Assembly: GCA_023229365.1 (NCBI GenBank)
Contig: JALNZK010000002.1
Span: forward strand, 126,343-190,342
Origin: Pseudomonadota bacterium
GTDB taxonomy: Bacteria; Myxococcota_A; Polyangia; JAAYKL01
Direction of reading: 5' to 3'
DNA: 64,000 nt
Numbering within the stretch: the stretch's first letter is position 1; every line of letters starts with the position of its first letter. The notes below the pieces were generated by a model that worked only from the letters and a program-made list of their open reading frames with translations, was not told where the DNA came from and ran no database searches. Both the position numbers and the translations under genes were made by a program. Positions 8,703 to 17,903 of this stretch are shown here, one piece after another.

Positions 8703-9929
8703 ATGAAATATCCCAAATTCAACAAGTTTCTCGAAAGAAAAGACCCAGAGTTGGTTCGCAAACCCAAAATTATCAAAACAGGCGACAAGCTAACTGGAGC
8801 CGATGATCTTTGCGGCGAACCCAATAAGCCACCCAAAGAAGCCAAGACACACAAAAATATAAAAAAAGTAGCCGATGAGCAACCTCAGGTCAAAGAAGGA
8901 TTATGGGCTAAGTTTTTGGAAAAAAAGCAGGCAAGCTCTGTGGTAGAAAAACCAGCCACGGAAATTATTGCTGACTATCCCTTCAAGCCACCCGTTGCTC
9001 CTCCCGAAGCCAAGACCAAGGGAAAAAATTGGGATACTAAGGCTCCCAAAGCCAGCAAACCCGCTGCCTATAAGCAAGGCACAGATGCTAAGCCCAAAAA
9101 TAGTGATGAAGGACTGGGTAACTTAGGGAGTATTCCCCGAGAAGAAATTAAACTCAAGGCAGGCGATTCACCACATATACCGGGCGGAAAAAGTGTTGGG
9201 GATTACACTACAAAAACAGAGACCTTCTTAAAGAAAACAAAAGGCATGCCCCTGAGCGAATTCACCCAATACATGATTAAAGAAGAGCGATCTGTTGAGG
9301 GCGTTCATCAAGCAGAAGTGCCACAAGCTATTAAATACATTGCTTCAGTAGCCAACAATGAAAACATTTTGCGAGATTTGGTTGTGGCGTTGAGACAAAA
9401 AAAATTAATCGGCAGCCTGATGGAAATGTTGATGGAATATCCTGAGTCTTATCGATCCCTTACTAATCTTTTGGGAGAAGAACAAAAAGGCTCTATGCGT
9501 TGCAATGCATTAGTACGAGCCATGAATGAAATCGTTGGTCCTCCTATTGGAATAGACAATATAGGAGACGATGAAGAAGTCACCCGTCGCATTGGTGATG
9601 ATGGCGAACCAGAAGATTTTGAAGACGATGACGAAGATTATCCAGAGGATGATGATGATTTTGAAGATGAGGATGAACTAGGTGACGAAGATGAATTAGG
9701 CGATGAGGATGAACTAGGTGACGAAGATGAATTAGGCGATGAGGATGAGCTAGGTGACGAAGATGAGTTAGGCGATGAACTAGGTGGTGAAGATGAATTA
9801 GGCGGCGAAATGCCTGGAATGGGGAAACACATAATGGGCATGATGGGCAAACATATGGGAATGCATCGAGGAAAGTTTGCAATGGACCATCTTATTCATG
9901 CATTAAATCAATATATGAAAAGAGATTAA
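8703..9929 (+). CDS. acidic protein with DEDELG tandem repeats and an M/G/H-rich tail
   Basis: AAGGAAAA ribosome-binding site; 36-bp periodic DNA repeat at 9661-9822 encoding (DEDELG)n; N-terminus MKYPKFNKFLE is weakly CTS-like. Confidence 0.6.
   Translation: MKYPKFNKFLERKDPELVRKPKIIKTGDKLTGADDLCGEPNKPPKEAKTHKNIKKVADEQPQVKEGLWAKFLEKKQASSVVEKPATEIIADYPFKPPVAPPEAKTKGKNWDTKAPKASKPAAYKQGTDAKPKNSDEGLGNLGSIPREEIKLKAGDSPHIPGGKSVGDYTTKTETFLKKTKGMPLSEFTQYMIKEERSVEGVHQAEVPQAIKYIASVANNENILRDLVVALRQKKLIGSLMEMLMEYPESYRSLTNLLGEEQKGSMRCNALVRAMNEIVGPPIGIDNIGDDEEVTRRIGDDGEPEDFEDDDEDYPEDDDDFEDEDELGDEDELGDEDELGDEDELGDEDELGDEDELGDELGGEDELGGEMPGMGKHIMGMMGKHMGMHRGKFAMDHLIHALNQYMKRD
9661..9822 (+). repeat. in-frame tandem repeat (18/36-bp unit) encoding DEDELG x ~8
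   Basis: gatgaggatgaactaggt / gacgaagatgaattaggc alternating units. Confidence 0.8.
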
Positions 9930-10388
9930 ATGAACACATCATTCAATGAATGGCTGAAACTTCATGAAAAGTGGGATATCATAGGCCCAAACACTCCCGT
10001 TCCTAAAGACACAGATGAAGACGACGATCCCTGGGAAGATTGGGGCGACGATGAGGACTGGGAGGATGAAGAGCGACGAATGCGAAGAGGGCACGCATTA
10101 ACTGGAGTTCGAACACCAGTAAGTGATTTGGGAACCACTCAAGGAAGAGCCTTGGGAAAAGATTCTCGACTTCCCCGTGGAATGCACATAGTAGACCCTG
10201 ATAAAGAAGAGCTACAAAATGCTAAACAATACCTTGGGGCAGAATATTACAGGCTAAGAAACAAATTAGAAAAAGGTGTCGCCACCCCAGAAGAAAAACA
10301 TCTACTGAGGACATTAGCCAGAAAACACATAGAAGGAATCTACCACCGTAAAAAACCTGCTACTGTGCGTAAATTCACATCCTTCTAA
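9930..10388 (+). CDS. acidic CTS-like protein (MNTSFNEWLK)
   Basis: ATG overlaps the preceding stop (TAAATG); D/E/W-rich region. Confidence 0.5.
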   Translation: MNTSFNEWLKLHEKWDIIGPNTPVPKDTDEDDDPWEDWGDDEDWEDEERRMRRGHALTGVRTPVSDLGTTQGRALGKDSRLPRGMHIVDPDKEELQNAKQYLGAEYYRLRNKLEKGVATPEEKHLLRTLARKHIEGIYHRKKPATVRKFTSF

Positions 10389-10548
10389 TCATCCTTATCT
10401 AGATGATGATACAACCATTCGATTGTATCATCATCATAGCCCAAATTTCTGAAACTTGCGTAATCCCCTGGAAAATCCCTTGTGGGCTCGCATGTAAACA
10501 CTGTCTCTTTGAGCTTTTTGAAGAATGCCTCATCCATCGCCTTGTCCA

Positions 10549-11133
10549 TTAGTAGCTCTCCAACATTTCGTACCACCATCTGATGCTTTCAAGTCCCTCG
10601 GCAGCTAAATCTCTGCCGTCCAGAGCTAAATGGTTATCTTGGCCGGGCATAACAGTATATTTTGCCCTGATTCTACCAATGGCATACTTGACGTGTGCTA
10701 ATACGCCTTCCTCTTCCAGAATTGATAACATCTCCTCTGGCATTTTCGATTTATACACATCCATCACCCTTTTAATTCTATTGGCAATCTCTGTGTATTG
10801 CTCGTCTGTAATTTCCAATGAAACAATTGGAGCACCGAGCATTGCAAAAACAAATTCTTTTCGCACCATGCTGTCACCTTTCTTGGTGTAATCTAACTTC
10901 TGTTCATTTTTTGGCATGTTAGTAGTAATTTGCATTGCCTGCTTCTCTTTGGCACTAACAGCGGGAAACTCCACCACAACTGTCTTTTCTACCATATCAA
11001 TAACCCGCATCATACCCCAAAAGAAGCCATCCTCATTTTTGCAAAACTGGACAGCTTGATTTAAATAATCAAATTCCTGTCCATCGTATTTCCATCCTTC
11101 ATCCTGTAGTCGGCTTTCTATTCTGTATCTCAT
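10549..11133 (-). CDS. hypothetical protein
   Basis: 194-aa ORF in a minus-strand operon. Confidence 0.45.
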   Translation of the reverse strand: MRYRIESRLQDEGWKYDGQEFDYLNQAVQFCKNEDGFFWGMMRVIDMVEKTVVVEFPAVSAKEKQAMQITTNMPKNEQKLDYTKKGDSMVRKEFVFAMLGAPIVSLEITDEQYTEIANRIKRVMDVYKSKMPEEMLSILEEEGVLAHVKYAIGRIRAKYTVMPGQDNHLALDGRDLAAEGLESIRWWYEMLESY

Positions 11134-11438
11134 TCAATTACCTTATAGCCCCATTCTTTGGCTTTTACCAATACTTCTTTATGGTAAGCGTCTTTAATTT
11201 CTTGCGAACAATGCGATGGATATGGCTTACAAGTCAATCGCCGTCCTATATCTGCCATCAATTTCTCTCTGGTAGGAGTATCGTCTGCACCATATTTTGC
11301 CATATCCATCAATATATCCCACTCACCATCCATCAAACCACGGATTTCACTCTCTGTAAGATCAATGCTCAAACAATCCGCAATCATGTCATGGATATCA
11401 ACAATATCATCAGGCTCTAATTCAATCGAACACTTCAT
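11130..11438 (-). CDS. hypothetical protein
   Basis: 102 aa. Confidence 0.45.
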   Translation of the reverse strand: MKCSIELEPDDIVDIHDMIADCLSIDLTESEIRGLMDGEWDILMDMAKYGADDTPTREKLMADIGRRLTCKPYPSHCSQEIKDAYHKEVLVKAKEWGYKVIE

Positions 11439-11673
11439 CTCTTATCCACCCTACTATATCTGTGGTTGTTTTATTGCCAAATTCTTTCTCGGTAGCTTCG
11501 ACTACACTATGGTCGAACGTATGATAATGACCATATCGAAATGGATGATGATTATCGCTATCGTAGGCATCACACCATTCCCAGCCGAGTTGTTTTAACT
11601 TACCAACAACATCTAATTCCTGCAATCCATCGGGCACCTGTATTAACCATTCTCTATGCTCATAAACTATCAT
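11422..11673 (-). CDS. hypothetical protein
   Basis: 83 aa. Confidence 0.4.
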   Translation of the reverse strand: MIVYEHREWLIQVPDGLQELDVVGKLKQLGWEWCDAYDSDNHHPFRYGHYHTFDHSVVEATEKEFGNKTTTDIVGWIRDEVFD

Positions 11674-12173
11674 TCTAAATCTTCTTCTTCAATTTCCTCG
11701 GTGGTATCTTCTTTGTCTTTCCTTGCATTGTCTACAAAATCTTGAATGCTGTCTCTCCACATGCCATGTCGTTTGACGATACAAGCAAACTCTTCCATAT
11801 CGTGCGGCTTACAAGATAATTTGAGCACCGGCTCTTCATCATCCTTTTCTTGATATTCTGCCGCCGTATGACACAATTCGTGGTCAACCAAAGCAATACG
11901 CTTATCTTCTGGAAGAACATCCCAAATTGGCTCAGAAATTGTAATAACAAAGAATGGATCACCACCACTTTGTTTGTCAGCAGCCAAGTAGGCATTGAGA
12001 TTGGTTATTTTTCGACATGTGCCCCAAACTTCCGAATCGCCCTTCATAGGAACCTTATCTATGAATAAATAATCCACCCGCACATTGAAATCCACAATGT
12101 GTTGATGATATTTGGGAATCAACTCATCAGCAATTTTTTTAACTTCTGGAGCGTCTTTGTAAGTTGTTGTCAT
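11670..12173 (-). CDS. putative zinc metallopeptidase (HExxH)
   Basis: VDHELCHTAAE motif. Confidence 0.5.
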   Translation of the reverse strand: MTTTYKDAPEVKKIADELIPKYHQHIVDFNVRVDYLFIDKVPMKGDSEVWGTCRKITNLNAYLAADKQSGGDPFFVITISEPIWDVLPEDKRIALVDHELCHTAAEYQEKDDEEPVLKLSCKPHDMEEFACIVKRHGMWRDSIQDFVDNARKDKEDTTEEIEEEDLE

Positions 12174-12469
12174 TTTTTATTCCTTTCGTTCATTATGTTG
12201 TAAATTAAGTCCCATAACTCGCATGGAACATTATCAGCTATTTCACCAGAATTTTCATAATCCCAAATTATTTTACTGGCATTACTAAACAATTGTTTGG
12301 ATGGTTTATATCCGCCCAGTTCATGTATAGCTCTACTTGCCACTATTTTACTTTTTTGTGACACATTTAACAATAGGATTTTATGGAGATATTCATCCAA
12401 TATTTCTATCGGAGTGTTGCTTTTTGTCTCTGGGACAGTTGTGTAAGAGATTCTTTTTGGAAACTTCAT
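12170..12469 (-). CDS. hypothetical protein
   Basis: 99 aa. Confidence 0.4.
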   Translation of the reverse strand: MKFPKRISYTTVPETKSNTPIEILDEYLHKILLLNVSQKSKIVASRAIHELGGYKPSKQLFSNASKIIWDYENSGEIADNVPCELWDLIYNIMNERNKK

Positions 12470-12472
12470 AAA

Positions 12473-12835
12473 TCACCAAACTGTTGCTGCTATTAGACCT
12501 GCACCGTCTGCCGCCCACTCAAAGGCAGTCTTTTTAATTACTGTAACCCCATCATCTTGTGTCACAGACAATTCTGTTTCAAGAGGAACTTCGTTGACTT
12601 CTATTTCGTCCACAGGACAATCAAGTAAATGATCTACCAACACTTTAGATAAATCACTTAAGTCAGTGCCTTCTGGAACCAATGGTTCTAAATATAATCG
12701 CAAAGCCTCATCTTTAGATTCGGCAGCGAACCACCATTGTTCTCCATCGTCAATTTCATACACATTCATTATTCTCTCCTCTACTGGATGTTCATAATTT
12801 GGAAGAGAAGTCTCGTACTCATATCTGCTTGTCAT
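12473..12835 (-). CDS. hypothetical acidic protein
   Basis: 120 aa. Confidence 0.4.
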   Translation of the reverse strand: MTSRYEYETSLPNYEHPVEERIMNVYEIDDGEQWWFAAESKDEALRLYLEPLVPEGTDLSDLSKVLVDHLLDCPVDEIEVNEVPLETELSVTQDDGVTVIKKTAFEWAADGAGLIAATVW

Positions 12836-13061
12836 TTTTATCCTTTATGCCTAAAACTTTACTAGTATAATCGACTTTATTACGACTTCCAGAATACAAA
12901 GCAATTGAATTATCAATAATTTCAACTTCTATGTCTGCTGCACATAAGTCGTAATCTTCGAATGTTTTATCTTCGTTATAAATCCTAAAAAAATATTTCT
13001 TCACAAAAGGGCTATACAACAAAAATCCACGCACACCTTTGGCTGGCTTTTCTTCGTTCAT
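12819..13061 (-). CDS. hypothetical protein
   Basis: 80 aa. Confidence 0.35.
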   Translation of the reverse strand: MNEEKPAKGVRGFLLYSPFVKKYFFRIYNEDKTFEDYDLCAADIEVEIIDNSIALYSGSRNKVDYTSKVLGIKDKNDKQI

Positions 13062-13393
13062 TTTGATGCCTTTTTGCGAACTTTCCTAATCTTATGCGGA
13101 CAAAAATTAGTACCCGTTGTTTCCGATACTTTTTCTTCCCCCATATAAATAAAAACTATGGCTGATCCTGTTAGCACCGCTGATGGTCTTGGCTTATATG
13201 GCACAGCCAAGATACCATCTTGTGCTATATTGACATAAGAAAACAAGCCCCGCTGCCCCATCGCCAGCTTTTCCCCAGTTTGAGTAACATAATATGGACC
13301 ACCAGAGCAACGAAATACATCCCCTGGATGTAGCGTGACCTTAGGGCTATACTTAAAAGGTTCGGCAGGTGGTTTAGGTTGCTTTTTTTTCAC
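13058..13393 (-). CDS. hypothetical basic protein
   Basis: 111 aa, K-rich ends. Confidence 0.4.
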   Translation of the reverse strand: MKKKQPKPPAEPFKYSPKVTLHPGDVFRCSGGPYYVTQTGEKLAMGQRGLFSYVNIAQDGILAVPYKPRPSAVLTGSAIVFIYMGEEKVSETTGTNFCPHKIRKVRKKASK

Positions 13394-13409
13394 TCAAACA
13401 CGCTCTTTA

Positions 13410-14747
13410 TCATAATGGCTTGTCATCAAACCTGATTTTCATTTGCTTGCCACCACGAGCAGGGCTCAGGAACCTTGATGATAACAGATCATACTTCACC
13501 GGGTCAACATCAGTTATTCCCAAAAGATAATTTATCATAAACCCGGCACCAGAGCCTCTGCCCGGCCCTCTTGCCGTGCTTCCCGTGCCGCCGTATAACT
13601 CGATGCATTTCTGACGGGCAGCGTCAACCATCATTTTTTGAATAATAAAATACGAAGAAAACTCCTTCTCTTTCACCAAGGTGTATTCTTCCTGCATTCT
13701 GGACAAGTATTCTCTAGTCTTTGGTATGCCTCTTTTAGTCGCACCCTCTTGGATAAGTTTTTTCAACACTTCATCATCATTGGGAATTTTTGGCAATTTT
13801 ACCGAGCGATCCAGTTGCACTCCCTTGCATTGTTCGCATATACGCACAGTATTTGCCTTGGCAGCATTAAACAAATCCTTATCGAGATAAGGGTCAGATG
13901 CCCATTTCTCATTGATCTCCTCTTCGGATTTCATCCAGAGATTAGTGTCTTGCAACTCAAAATATTCTTCAGCTTTACCTTCGGCAACGGCTTGCTCCAT
14001 ATCGGCTACCGTTCTCTTAGAGCCAGTCATAAGCATTAACCGTTGCATTTTGCTGTCTTCTTTTTTGCAATAATGACAGTCTTGTGTGAGCACTAACGGA
14101 ATGCCTAATTTTGCATGTGCTTGAACAATGAATTGGTTGTAGGGCTTTTGTTTAACAAAATCCAACAACATGATTTCCAAATAATAATTTTCACCAAACA
14201 AGTTGTGATATTTCTTGATGGTCTCTATAGCCATTTCGGGACCGAAGTTTTTAAATGCTTGTCCCACTGGACTATTAAAACAACCGCTGCCAACCATCAA
14301 CCCCTCTTTATGCTGCACTAATTGATCCCAATTAATGCGAGGCTTATAGTAGAAGCCGTGTAGCCATCCAAAAGAAGTTAAACGAACAAGATTTTTATAT
14401 CCTGTCTCGTTTTTGGCCCACAAGGTCATGTGATATGACTTCTGCATCGCCTTGCGGGCTTCTGGTGGCATCTCTTTAAGATACTGCTGCATAGTCTCGC
14501 CCTTTTGCACACAGGGCTGTTTTGGTTGATAATAGATTTCTACGCCAAAAATTGGCTGCAAACCGTGTTTATCGCAGCAAGCGATTTGGTTAGGAACAGC
14601 ACTCATCATGCCGTGATCGGTAATGCAAAGATATTGTTGATTTATTTCTTTGGAATAAATCGCATACTCTTCAACTGTGCCGTATCCATCCAACAAAGAA
14701 TAATGAGAATGGCGATGCAAATGCTCGAAACCAACTATGTCATTCAT
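13410..14747 (-). CDS. DnaE-like DNA polymerase III alpha N-terminal fragment (PHP domain plus start of palm); truncated or split gene
   Basis: HLHRHSHYSLLDG PHP motif; GPGRGSGAGFMINYLLGITDVDPVKYDLLSSRFLSP matches the DnaE thumb/palm entry, then the ORF stops. Confidence 0.65.
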   Translation of the reverse strand: MNDIVGFEHLHRHSHYSLLDGYGTVEEYAIYSKEINQQYLCITDHGMMSAVPNQIACCDKHGLQPIFGVEIYYQPKQPCVQKGETMQQYLKEMPPEARKAMQKSYHMTLWAKNETGYKNLVRLTSFGWLHGFYYKPRINWDQLVQHKEGLMVGSGCFNSPVGQAFKNFGPEMAIETIKKYHNLFGENYYLEIMLLDFVKQKPYNQFIVQAHAKLGIPLVLTQDCHYCKKEDSKMQRLMLMTGSKRTVADMEQAVAEGKAEEYFELQDTNLWMKSEEEINEKWASDPYLDKDLFNAAKANTVRICEQCKGVQLDRSVKLPKIPNDDEVLKKLIQEGATKRGIPKTREYLSRMQEEYTLVKEKEFSSYFIIQKMMVDAARQKCIELYGGTGSTARGPGRGSGAGFMINYLLGITDVDPVKYDLLSSRFLSPARGGKQMKIRFDDKPL

Positions 14748-14944
14748 ATGTGTTTTTTCAACTCTTCAGTAAAACGAGCAATGATTTCATCAACAGAAAC
14801 CTCGCCAGCTTCTATGGCTTTCTCAATATCGCCCAAAACCAACTCTTCATCACCCTTCCTGTCATAATACAGGAAATTGGCAATTAAGTCACTAACATTT
14901 ACCAAAATTAAATCACGTCTATTCATATTCACCTCCATCATCAT
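14744..14944 (-). CDS. hypothetical protein
   Basis: 66 aa, overlapping junctions. Confidence 0.35.
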   Translation of the reverse strand: MMMEVNMNRRDLILVNVSDLIANFLYYDRKGDEELVLGDIEKAIEAGEVSVDEIIARFTEELKKHI

Positions 14945-15104
14945 CTTCGTGCTCTAATGCATTCATTTTACGATTGTTGCATTTAGAGCAGTGGAGTATT
15001 GCATACAACTCCCCATCGTCTAATCCTTCTGATTGCTTATGCAGTGTGGGCAGTTGGCACTTATCACACCAACATGTTCGTTTATTGACATAGCCCATCT
15101 TCAT
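14919..15104 (-). CDS. zinc-ribbon protein
   Basis: CxxC...CxxC. Confidence 0.35.
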   Translation of the reverse strand: MKMGYVNKRTCWCDKCQLPTLHKQSEGLDDGELYAILHCSKCNNRKMNALEHEDDDGGEYE

Positions 15105-15227
15105 CCTCTGCTATTAATTCTTGTGATCCACAACGAGGGCAATATTCACAGGGCGACTCTTGTCCATCATTGTCCCAAATCACTTCATACCGTAAGTCGC
15201 AATCTTGACATTTAAGCATAATCGTTC

Positions 15228-15464
15228 CTATCCATCATCATAATTAAATTCATGTTCACTTGGCCATTCGCTTTCCAACATGCCTATTTCTTCCTGCACA
15301 AGCTCTATTGCTTCAAGAATGTGCTCTATGGCGGCCCTTGGTGACAACTCTTCATTTCTTACATGCCTAATATTTCTTGCTATCTTTTCCCTTAGCTCAT
15401 TTATTTTAGGCCAGTAAGGCTCCATTATTTCTTTGCTCCGTGGGATTGTTTCCATTCTTCCCAT
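15228..15464 (-). CDS. hypothetical protein
   Basis: 78 aa. Confidence 0.35.
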   Translation of the reverse strand: MGRMETIPRSKEIMEPYWPKINELREKIARNIRHVRNEELSPRAAIEHILEAIELVQEEIGMLESEWPSEHEFNYDDG

Positions 15465-15682
15465 TCATCTTGAGCTTCCTTGGCTTCTTTGTCCAACTCA
15501 GCCATTTCGTTCTTCCACGCTTCATGAACAGATTTGAACGATGCTGTCTTTTCCTTTTTTTCTGCATGTAGTTCTGCAATTTTTGCAGAAAACTTCACAA
15601 ATTCATCACTCAATAATAATTCTACATTTTCCATTTTTTTTAACCTTTCTATGTAACCCGCACAGGGTAGTCCATTTCCCAC
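15425..15682 (-). CDS. hypothetical coiled-coil protein
   Basis: 85 aa K/E-rich. Confidence 0.35.
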   Translation of the reverse strand: MGNGLPCAGYIERLKKMENVELLLSDEFVKFSAKIAELHAEKKEKTASFKSVHEAWKNEMAELDKEAKEAQDEWEEWKQSHGAKK

Positions 15683-15867
15683 TTTCCAACAACTTCCAGT
15701 GTTATATCAAGTGGCTCAACGCCATCGTCAGGATAGTGGTCGAAAACCAATCCATCCGTGGTTGAACCAATGCGATGGTCAATATAATACACTTCGTTAT
15801 TCTCTGCTAAAACCAACACGGTTCCGCCATCTAAATAACTATTTTTAACCCAAGCTTTCATAAACAA
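15649..15867 (-). CDS. hypothetical protein
   Basis: 72 aa. Confidence 0.35.
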   Translation of the reverse strand: MFMKAWVKNSYLDGGTVLVLAENNEVYYIDHRIGSTTDGLVFDHYPDDGVEPLDITLEVVGKWEMDYPVRVT

Positions 15868-16280
15868 TTTTCTTCTAAATATTTTTCAATTCTGTCTATC
15901 AAAGGCTGATTGGGCATCCCACTATAAAGTGACTCCAAACATTCGCCCAACAATTCTTCGGCAGTGTCCCGTAACGCTTCGGGGGCTTCCAATGGCTGCT
16001 TTTGCCCCCATACAACTTGTTGAATACCAAGGGATTGCAAAAATTCTATCCCCTTACGGGTTTTTTGTCTTTTGCCCTCACGATATTCAAAATGAGATTC
16101 CATATCCTGTGAAAACCCATCGTTTTCACCGTCCCATTCTGGCAAGATTTTCCAAATTTCCTTGCCAAAGCTCACATCATTAATGTGTAGATTTTTTTTC
16201 CAAAAATCCTTTTCCACCAGCCAAATCCCACCCTCTTCGTCATGGTCGCCCAACATGTAATACAAGTCTGAAGTTTTCAT
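15858..16280 (-). CDS. hypothetical protein
   Basis: 140 aa. Confidence 0.4.
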   Translation of the reverse strand: MKTSDLYYMLGDHDEEGGIWLVEKDFWKKNLHINDVSFGKEIWKILPEWDGENDGFSQDMESHFEYREGKRQKTRKGIEFLQSLGIQQVVWGQKQPLEAPEALRDTAEELLGECLESLYSGMPNQPLIDRIEKYLEENCL

Positions 16281-16292
16281 TAGCAGATTCCT

Positions 16293-17891
16293 TTATCCAA
16301 TGATTTTGTCATATTCCTGTCTGTTGACCGCAACAACAGTATCTGGTGATCTGGTGACATAGATCAATTCCTCGCCATCTTTGTCCCTGGTAGCCAATAT
16401 GACTTCTCTGTTCAACCCCCACAATCTTCGCAGAGAAAGGATGGTATCCTTTGCATAGGAAGGATATAGCGGATATCCATCCCACTGATGCTGTAACAAC
16501 ATGTGCCCTCTATTTAAATGGTTGGGATCAGCCAGCCGAACATCTGGCAATCCGCCGTTCAAATAATCGCCAATTAATTTCTTTTTAATTTTCTTATAGT
16601 CACGACTCTTGATTACATACTCTCCATTAGGTCGATGTTCCCACTCAAAGAATTCATATTTATTGCAAAAATCTTCTGTGAAGAATTCTGAAATAGCGGT
16701 GAAATCATTATAGAATTTTCTAACCTCTAATACTTTATCGTGCCCCAAGCCCAATTTTTCATCCCAATCTTCCCGCTGCTTGATATCTCGGCACTCATCA
16801 TACAGGGGTCCAAACTGGCCCTTATTCCAACGTTCTTCAATATCTTGAAAAATACAGAATCCTAATTTATAGGGATTCATCGAATACTTGCCGCCCAATA
16901 CCCCCATTTTGTGAATAGCATACTCAACAATGCCATTATCGTGTTCTGACTGGCCCAGACTAACGAAACCCTGTACTGCCATTAAGTTAAAATCAACAAA
17001 ACTAGCCCAGCCTTCGTTGAGCATTTTGGTCGGTCGTTGAGGACTGAAATATATTTCTTCCTCATAAATCATAGCAACAATATCAGACTGCCAAGGCTGC
17101 AAAGGTGCATAATCTCGAATGTACCGCAAAATGTCTTTTGTTGGCTCTTTGAAAATGTTTAATTCTTCGGCCACCTCCCTTTTTTCCAACCTCTTCCTTT
17201 GCTCCTTCATCCATTCTTCTGGATTGAGCCAAGGTTCCATATAATCATGCCCCTCTTGAACCGGCAAATGTTTTGGATGATGATAATGCCTCACGTCCTG
17301 TTTGATCGGGTCTTTAAATTTTCTCTGCTCCCAAGCACTAGCTGGATCGACCAACGTGGTAATTCTTAGCACATGATCTAAAAATTCTGTGACTTTTTCT
17401 TTGCCCCATCGTTGCATGTATTTGCGAATTCGAGTACCATGATTCGCCAATTCATTCATCATATTTTGACTAGTTGGCGAAAAGTAAACATTATTTTTGA
17501 AAAAGTCATTATGTCCTAAAGCATGAGCAACAACCGTAACATTATCCACCAACGTATTGGAATCGAGACAGTAAATATAACAAGGATTGCTATTTACAAC
17601 CATTTCGTAAATGCGATGCAGCCCATGTTCATAACCTTGTTGCAATTCATTGTATTCCATTCCCCAACGCCAATGCGGATAACGAACAGGGAATCCACCA
17701 TAGGATGCTACTTCGCTAATTTCATCATAAGTCAGCATCTGCACGACTGTTGGATAATACACCAATCCAAAGTCGGTTGCTGCTTTCATAATATTGGGAA
17801 TGACATTTTGCAATTCCTTAGGCAACACTACGCCAGGGATTGTGCTATCACCCATCAAGATCGGAGAACCACGCATCATTTTGCTTGCCAC
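16293..17891 (-). CDS. spoVR: SpoVR/YcgB-family protein
   Basis: 532 aa, SpoVR-like length and composition; immediately downstream of the DUF444 gene. Confidence 0.75.
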   Translation of the reverse strand: MASKMMRGSPILMGDSTIPGVVLPKELQNVIPNIMKAATDFGLVYYPTVVQMLTYDEISEVASYGGFPVRYPHWRWGMEYNELQQGYEHGLHRIYEMVVNSNPCYIYCLDSNTLVDNVTVVAHALGHNDFFKNNVYFSPTSQNMMNELANHGTRIRKYMQRWGKEKVTEFLDHVLRITTLVDPASAWEQRKFKDPIKQDVRHYHHPKHLPVQEGHDYMEPWLNPEEWMKEQRKRLEKREVAEELNIFKEPTKDILRYIRDYAPLQPWQSDIVAMIYEEEIYFSPQRPTKMLNEGWASFVDFNLMAVQGFVSLGQSEHDNGIVEYAIHKMGVLGGKYSMNPYKLGFCIFQDIEERWNKGQFGPLYDECRDIKQREDWDEKLGLGHDKVLEVRKFYNDFTAISEFFTEDFCNKYEFFEWEHRPNGEYVIKSRDYKKIKKKLIGDYLNGGLPDVRLADPNHLNRGHMLLQHQWDGYPLYPSYAKDTILSLRRLWGLNREVILATRDKDGEELIYVTRSPDTVVAVNRQEYDKIIG

Positions 17892-17903
17892 TATTTATTT
17901 CCT

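Noticed and set aside
9580-9882. 100-aa and 70-aa minus-strand ORFs (H/L-rich and S/P-rich) across the DEDELG repeat
   Set aside because: These are frame artefacts of the tandem repeat, antisense to the real acidic protein gene.
13638-14039. 133-aa plus-strand ORF
   Set aside because: Antisense to the DnaE PHP fragment.
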